Source: Pseudothioglobus sp. nBUS_23
GTDB taxonomy: Bacteria > Pseudomonadota > Gammaproteobacteria > PS1 > Pseudothioglobaceae
Reading direction: 5' to 3'
DNA length: 32,000 nucleotides
Assembly (NCBI RefSeq): GCF_051201565.1
Contig: NZ_CP179200.1
Span: 1,500,001-1,532,000 of the forward strand
Shown piece after piece: positions 27,260 to 32,000 of this stretch. How positions within the stretch are numbered: position 1 is the first letter of the stretch; each line of letters begins with the position of its first letter. The position numbers were made by a program, and so were the translations under genes. Under the pieces are notes generated by a model that worked only from the letters and a program-made list of their open reading frames with translations, did not search any database and was not told the DNA's origin.

Positions 27260-27655
27260 TTATGAAACGCTACACAAAACTTCGCCGCCAATATTTTGAG
27301 CTTTGGCAGATTGACCTGTCATCACTCCTTTCGGCGTTGAGACAATAACTATACCAAGACCATTCATAACACTTGGCATATCATCTTTACCAGCGTAGTA
27401 TCTTAAGCTAGGCTTTGAGATTCTATCAAGTGTTTCAATCACCGGTTGGTTGTCAAAGTACTTCAATTTAATGATTAGCTCTTTATTAGCAGACTCACCT
27501 TCGATTGAGAAAGAAGTAATATAGCCTTCATCTTGCATAACACTGGCAATTGCAGCTTTCAAATTTGATGCAGGAATACTAACTTGCTCTTTGTTAACTG
27601 ATTGCGCGTTTCTAATTCTTGTCAACATATCAGCTATTGGATCAGACATACTCAT
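27260..27655 (-). CDS. rpsH: 30S ribosomal protein S8
   Basis: 131 aa, [30 protein letters not shown]... Confidence 0.97.
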   Translation of the reverse strand: MSMSDPIADMLTRIRNAQSVNKEQVSIPASNLKAAIASVMQDEGYITSFSIEGESANKELIIKLKYFDNQPVIETLDRISKPSLRYYAGKDDMPSVMNGLGIVIVSTPKGVMTGQSAKAQNIGGEVLCSVS

Positions 27656-27664
27656 ATTAACCTC

Positions 27665-27970
27665 CTACCAACTAGCTTTAGATAATCCAGGAACTTCACC
27701 ATTCATGGTGCGCTCTCTAAGTTGAGTTTTTGCTAAACCAAACTTTCTGTAAAAACCATGAGGACGACCTGAAAGGCCACAACGATTGCGCTGACGCACA
27801 GGCGAAGCATCTCTAGGAAGTGACTGTAATTTAATTACGGCCTGAAAACGATCCTCATCAGAAGTATGAACACTCTTGATAATTCTTTTCAATTCAAGGC
27901 GCTTCTCTTTATATTTTTCGACCAACTTAGCTCGCTTTATATCTCTATGTATCATAGACTTTTTAGCCAT
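27665..27970 (-). CDS. rpsN: 30S ribosomal protein S14 (long, non-zinc form)
   Basis: 101 aa, [24 protein letters not shown]...[26 protein letters not shown]... Confidence 0.97.
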   Translation of the reverse strand: MAKKSMIHRDIKRAKLVEKYKEKRLELKRIIKSVHTSDEDRFQAVIKLQSLPRDASPVRQRNRCGLSGRPHGFYRKFGLAKTQLRERTMNGEVPGLSKASW

Positions 27971-28514
27971 TATTTCCTCCTTTAAATGGGAAATTAAACA
28001 TCGCTAATAGTTTCTTAGCATCTTCATCATTCTGTGCATTGGTGGTAATAGCTATATCCATTCCTCGCACACTTGTTACCTTTTCAAACTCAATTTCTGG
28101 AAAGACAATTTGTTCTGTAATTCCCATGTTGTAATTGCCTCTTCCATCGAATGATTTGTCATTTAATCCACGGAAGTCCCTTATGCGCGGAATAGCAACA
28201 TTAACTAGTCGATCAAGAAATTCATACATTCTTTCTTTTCTAAGAGTTACCTTACAACCAATGGCGTTACCTTCTCTTAACTTAAAGCTAGCAACTGACT
28301 TTCTTGCCAAGCAAGTTACCGGCTTTTGAGAAGAAATTAAACCCAACTCTTCTAGAGCGCTTTCCAATACCTTTTTATCTCCTAAGGCTTTACCAAGCCC
28401 CATGTTGATTGTAATTTTTTCAATCTTGGGTACAGACATTGAATTAGAAACACCTAGCTCCTTCTGAAGCTTAGGGATAATTTCATTTTTATATTGTTCT
28501 TGTAATCTAGCCAC
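27963..28514 (-). CDS. rplE: 50S ribosomal protein L5
   Basis: 183 aa, [41 protein letters not shown]... Confidence 0.97.
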   Translation of the reverse strand: MARLQEQYKNEIIPKLQKELGVSNSMSVPKIEKITINMGLGKALGDKKVLESALEELGLISSQKPVTCLARKSVASFKLREGNAIGCKVTLRKERMYEFLDRLVNVAIPRIRDFRGLNDKSFDGRGNYNMGITEQIVFPEIEFEKVTSVRGMDIAITTNAQNDEDAKKLLAMFNFPFKGGNNG

Positions 28515-28537
28515 TTATCACCTACTTATTCGTTACT

Positions 28538-28849
28538 TTAAATAACGGCTTCACCGTTTGATTTAAAAAATCTTTCTTTAACACCTTCATCATTAACCCT
28601 AACACCGATTCGATCAGCCTTTTTTGTTGTAGGGTTGTAGATTGCTACATTTGAAATACTCATTGGCATTTCTTTTTCTTCAATTCCACCTTGGATACCT
28701 TCTTGTGGATTAGGGCGGACATGCTTTTTGGCTAAGTTATAACCTTCAACAATCACCTTTTCTCCAAGTACCTTGGTTACAGTACCAACAGAGCCTTTAT
28801 CTTTTCCAGCAATAACGATTACTTCATCATTTTGTTTAATTTTCATCAT
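28538..28849 (-). CDS. rplX: 50S ribosomal protein L24
   Basis: 103 aa, [27 protein letters not shown]... The start ATG overlaps the rplN TAA by 1 nt (TAATG). Confidence 0.96.
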   Translation of the reverse strand: MMKIKQNDEVIVIAGKDKGSVGTVTKVLGEKVIVEGYNLAKKHVRPNPQEGIQGGIEEKEMPMSISNVAIYNPTTKKADRIGVRVNDEGVKERFFKSNGEAVI

Positions 28850-29217
28850 TATAAGACCTCTGGTGCAAGTGAAACAATTTTCATAAATTGAGCACCCCTT
28901 AATTCACGAGTAACCGGCCCAAAAATTCGAGTTCCGATCGGCTCTAATTTTGTATTAAGAAGAACAACTGCATTAGTATCAAAACGAATACGAGAGCCAT
29001 CTTTACGACGAACACCTTGAGCAGTTCGAACGACCACTGCATCATAAACATCACCTTTTTTTACTTTACCGCGAGGCGAAGCTTCCTTGATGCTTACTTT
29101 GATAACATCACCAATGTTTGCATAGCGTCTTTTTGAACCGCCAAGCACTTTGATACACATAGCTCTAACACCACCGCTGTTATCCGCTATATTTAATTTT
29201 GTTTGCATTTGAATCAT
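28849..29217 (-). CDS. rplN: 50S ribosomal protein L14
   Basis: 122 aa, [39 protein letters not shown]... Confidence 0.98.
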   Translation of the reverse strand: MIQMQTKLNIADNSGGVRAMCIKVLGGSKRRYANIGDVIKVSIKEASPRGKVKKGDVYDAVVVRTAQGVRRKDGSRIRFDTNAVVLLNTKLEPIGTRIFGPVTRELRGAQFMKIVSLAPEVL

Positions 29218-29243
29218 ATTCTTTCTCTCTTTATAGCGACTAT

Positions 29244-29513
29244 CTAATCAATACTCACAGATTTTTCAACAACTTCTACCAGAGCCCAGTTCTTTGTTTT
29301 AGAAAATGGCTTTGATTCAGAAACTCTTACAACGTCACCAAGACCACACTCATTTTTTTCATCATGGGCATGAACTTTTGTGCTGCGCTTTATGTACTTT
29401 TTATAAATTGGATGACGCACCTTGCGCTCCACTAAGACAGCAATTGTCTTGTCACGACTGTTGCTCACAACTTTACCTGTAAGGACTCTTTCTACCGTAT
29501 TAGTTTCACTCAT
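29244..29513 (-). CDS. rpsQ: 30S ribosomal protein S17
   Basis: 89 aa, ...[44 protein letters not shown]... Confidence 0.97.
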   Translation of the reverse strand: MSETNTVERVLTGKVVSNSRDKTIAVLVERKVRHPIYKKYIKRSTKVHAHDEKNECGLGDVVRVSESKPFSKTKNWALVEVVEKSVSID

Positions 29514-29698
29514 GAGCTTTTCTCGTTAATAATTGTTTTAATTTGGGCAATCGCTTTTTTTGTTTTGCCAAGTTTTGATAAATCAGTCAGTTGAGATGTG
29601 CTTTTTTGCATACGCAACTCAAATTGCTCTTTACGCAAAGTAATAAGCTGTTCATTTAACTGAGTCACATCCTGATCTCTTAATTCTTTAACATCCAT
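29510..29698 (-). CDS. rpmC: 50S ribosomal protein L29
   Basis: 62 aa, [31 protein letters not shown]... Positioned between rplP and rpsQ. Confidence 0.95.
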   Translation of the reverse strand: MDVKELRDQDVTQLNEQLITLRKEQFELRMQKSTSQLTDLSKLGKTKKAIAQIKTIINEKSS

Positions 29699-30108
29699 TA
29701 CATTATTGTCCGTTTAATTACTGTTGTCTTAACTGGGAGTTTCGCTGCCGCAAGTTCAAAAGCCTCTCTAGCTACTACTTCATCAACACCCTGCATTTCA
29801 AATAACATTTGTCCTGGCTTAATTTGAGCAACCCAATACTCAACACTACCTTTACCTTTACCCATTCGAACCTCAAGTGGCTTCTTAGTAATCGGCTTAT
29901 CTGGAAAGACGCGAATCCATATTTTTCCTTGTCGCTTTACATGTCTTGTCATTGCTCGTCTTGCTGCCTCAATTTGTCTAGCAGTCATTCGGCATCTACC
30001 TGAAGCTTGCAGTCCAATTTCACCAAAGCTGACATTGTGACCAGCAGCCAAACCGCGATTGCGGCTTTTCATAATCTTTCTATATTTTGTACGTTTAGGT
30101 TGCAACAT
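29698..30108 (-). CDS. rplP: 50S ribosomal protein L16
   Basis: 136 aa, [35 protein letters not shown]... Confidence 0.98.
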   Translation of the reverse strand: MLQPKRTKYRKIMKSRNRGLAAGHNVSFGEIGLQASGRCRMTARQIEAARRAMTRHVKRQGKIWIRVFPDKPITKKPLEVRMGKGKGSVEYWVAQIKPGQMLFEMQGVDEVVAREAFELAAAKLPVKTTVIKRTIM

Positions 30109-30120
30109 CGCTATATTCCT

Positions 30121-30813
30121 TTACTTCTTGCCTAATTGTTTAGTAGCACCACGTTTTGAAACTTCTTCAATAGTGCCTTTATTATGATCGAGAATCTCAC
30201 CTTTAAAAATCCATACTTTAATACCAATAACGCCATACTGTGTATTAGCTCTAAAGCTGCTGTAATCTACATCAGCTCTAAAAGTATGGAGAGGGACTCT
30301 GCCTTCACGATACCACTCTGAGCGAGCAATTTCTGCACCATTCAATCGCCCACTTACCATGACTTTAATTCCAAGTGCGCCTAATCTAGTTGCATTACCA
30401 AGAACTCTTTTTACGGCGCGTCTATACATCACACGTTTTTCTAGCTGTTGAGCAATATTCTCAGCAACTAAACGAGCATCCAATTCAGGTTGTTTAACCT
30501 CTTCAATACTAATGTGAACTGGCACACCCATTTTTTCCGAAACAATATTCTTGAGCCTTTCAATGTCAGCACCTTTTTTACCAATAACAATCCCAGGTCT
30601 TGCAGTATGAATAATAACCTTAGCAGTGTTAGAGAGTCTCTCAATAGATATACGGCTGACTGATGCTGAAGTCAATTCTTTAAATAAGAAGTCTCTTACT
30701 GCGATATCAGATAATAAATATTCAGAATAATCTTTACTGCTGGCATACCACTTGGAATCCCAATCCTTTACAATTCCTAATCTAATACCTACTGGATTTA
30801 CTTTTTGACCCAT
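30121..30813 (-). CDS. rpsC: 30S ribosomal protein S3
   Basis: 230 aa, [24 protein letters not shown]... Confidence 0.98.
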   Translation of the reverse strand: MGQKVNPVGIRLGIVKDWDSKWYASSKDYSEYLLSDIAVRDFLFKELTSASVSRISIERLSNTAKVIIHTARPGIVIGKKGADIERLKNIVSEKMGVPVHISIEEVKQPELDARLVAENIAQQLEKRVMYRRAVKRVLGNATRLGALGIKVMVSGRLNGAEIARSEWYREGRVPLHTFRADVDYSSFRANTQYGVIGIKVWIFKGEILDHNKGTIEEVSKRGATKQLGKK

Positions 30814-30819
30814 AATTAT

Positions 30820-31152
30820 TTACTCGCTTACGCCTACACTAATGTGGCTGGTTCGTTTAAGAATTCGATTTGCTCTTCCCTTGGCTCTAGGTCGAATTCG
30901 TTTCATTGTTGAGCCTTCATTTACGAAGACACTACTTACTTTTAACTCATCAATATCAAGACCGTCATTATGCTCAGCATTCGAAATTGCAGAACTTAAA
31001 ACTTTTTTGACTAAGACTGCTGCTTTCTTATTGCTAAATGTCAAAATATTCAAAGCCTCTTCTACAGGCTTATTTCTTATTTGATCAGCAATTAACCTCA
31101 CCTTAAAAGGGGAGATTTTTGCATACTTATGAATTGCTTTAACTTCTTTCAT
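30820..31152 (-). CDS. rplV: 50S ribosomal protein L22
   Basis: 110 aa, [45 protein letters not shown]... Confidence 0.97.
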   Translation of the reverse strand: MKEVKAIHKYAKISPFKVRLIADQIRNKPVEEALNILTFSNKKAAVLVKKVLSSAISNAEHNDGLDIDELKVSSVFVNEGSTMKRIRPRAKGRANRILKRTSHISVGVSE

Positions 31153-31173
31153 TTTCTAAACCCTTTGCTAATA

Positions 31174-31440
31174 CTATTTACGATCACCTGAATGACTTTT
31201 AAATGTTCTTGTTACGGCAAATTCGCCCAACTTATGTCCAATCATATTCTCATTGATAGAAACTGGAACATGAACACGGCCATTATGCACCGCAATTGTA
31301 AGGCCAATCATTTCAGGAACAATAACCGAACGACGTGACCATGTTTTAATAGGTTTTCTGTCATTACTATCTTGAGCCTTCATTACTTTTTGAATTAAGT
31401 GCTCGTCTACAAATGGACCTTTTCTAAGTGATCTTGCCAT
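31174..31440 (-). CDS. rpsS: 30S ribosomal protein S19
   Basis: 88 aa, [19 protein letters not shown]...[30 protein letters not shown]. Confidence 0.97.
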   Translation of the reverse strand: MARSLRKGPFVDEHLIQKVMKAQDSNDRKPIKTWSRRSVIVPEMIGLTIAVHNGRVHVPVSINENMIGHKLGEFAVTRTFKSHSGDRK

Positions 31441-31449
31441 AATTACCCT

Positions 31450-32000
31450 TTATTTTCTTCTACGTACTATTAATTTATCAGTACGCTTATTAGTTCTTGT
31501 TTTATAACCTTTAGTCGGTGTACCCCAAGGAGAAACAGGATGTCTACCACCACTAGTCTTTCCTTCACCACCACCATGTGGGTGATCAACTGGGTTCATA
31601 ACAACACCACGGACTGTTGGTCTAACACCTCTCCAACGAGTAGCACCCGCTTTACCAAGTTTTCTCAAACTGTGCTCTGATTTTGAAACCTCGCCTAATG
31701 TTGCACGACACTCAGCCAAAACTTTTCTGACTTCTCCAGAGCGAAGTCTAATGGTTACATAATTTCCTTCTTTAGCTACTAATTGAACAGAAGTTCCAGC
31801 ACTTCTTGCAATTTGAGCACCTTTTTTTGGTTTTAATTCAACGCAATGAATAACACTACCAAGTGGAATATTACTTAGAGGAAGAGAATTACCTTTTTGG
31901 ATTGCAACAGAATTACCAGAGATAATCTGGTCACCTGATTTCAGACCCTTAGGGGCAATAATATAGCGACGCTCACCGTCAGCATATAAAACAAGTGCAA
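31450..32000 (-). CDS. rplB: 50S ribosomal protein L2, C-terminal part (5' end lies beyond the right window edge)
   Basis: The track shows only the last 89 aa. Hand translation shows the frame stays open to 32000: [119 protein letters not shown]... Confidence 0.97.
   Translation of the reverse strand, partial: ALVLYADGERRYIIAPKGLKSGDQIISGNSVAIQKGNSLPLSNIPLGSVIHCVELKPKKGAQIARSAGTSVQLVAKEGNYVTIRLRSGEVRKVLAECRATLGEVSKSEHSLRKLGKAGATRWRGVRPTVRGVVMNPVDHPHGGGEGKTSGGRHPVSPWGTPTKGYKTRTNKRTDKLIVRRRK

Noticed and set aside
27244-27291. 16-codon N-terminal extension of the rplF ORF ([16 protein letters not shown])
   Set aside because: It overlaps the rpsH 3' end. The canonical L6 N-terminus MSRVAKAPI starts at Met17, which is preceded by a GGAG Shine-Dalgarno sequence.
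1-32000. Search for mobile elements, phage or defence islands, toxin-antitoxin pairs, tRNA/rRNA genes and CRISPR arrays
   Set aside because: Every sizeable ORF is accounted for by housekeeping or catabolic functions, and intergenic space is minimal. I saw no integrase, transposase or nuclease-like ORFs, no terminal inverted repeats, and no cloverleaf-like tRNA sequence. I did not compute composition, but by eye I noticed no obviously atypical segment. I therefore do not claim a hidden defence or mobile system here.

Overview
This is an AT-rich, very tightly packed bacterial chromosome segment. Gene content and order look gammaproteobacterial. A streamlined marine gammaproteobacterium is my inference only, since no database search could be run.

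The window falls into four blocks:

1. **1-2707.** A TAXI-type TRAP transporter. The receptor gene is followed by a strong internal hairpin plus T-tract, then a fused permease that runs off the left edge. A divergent RpiR/MurR-family regulator sits alongside.
2. **2730-14371, all minus strand, gaps of 0-44 nt.** An eight-gene beta-oxidation operon: fadE, a fadN-type dehydrogenase/hydratase, thiolase, an NMO-family flavoenzyme, DUF2889, fadD, a second acyl-CoA synthetase broken by a 1-nt frameshift in a C-run, and a 229-aa cupin resembling a DddL-type DMSP lyase. A divergent AraC-family regulator (TTG start) lies upstream.
3. **15527-19756.** A long PutA (proline dehydrogenase / P5C dehydrogenase, no N-terminal RHH domain) with a divergent Lrp/AsnC regulator.
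4. **19765-32000, minus strand.** yqeY, rpsU, and the complete alpha, spc and distal S10 ribosomal-protein operons (partial rplB through rplQ, including secY, rpmJ and rpoA).

I saw no rRNA, tRNA, CRISPR array, transposase, integrase or recognisable defence gene. This is core rather than accessory DNA, and I did not find a convincing self-contained novel system.

The most unusual signals are:
- Ala/Pro/Lys tandem-repeat tails fused to ribosomal proteins L17 (C-terminus, 27-bp unit x7) and L30 (N-terminus, 18-bp unit x6). Both spell the peptide AAAPKK, but in different codons.
- The DddL-like cupin and the NMO+DUF2889 pair embedded in the beta-oxidation operon.
- The frameshifted synthetase.
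- Several convergent gene ends with no room for canonical terminators.
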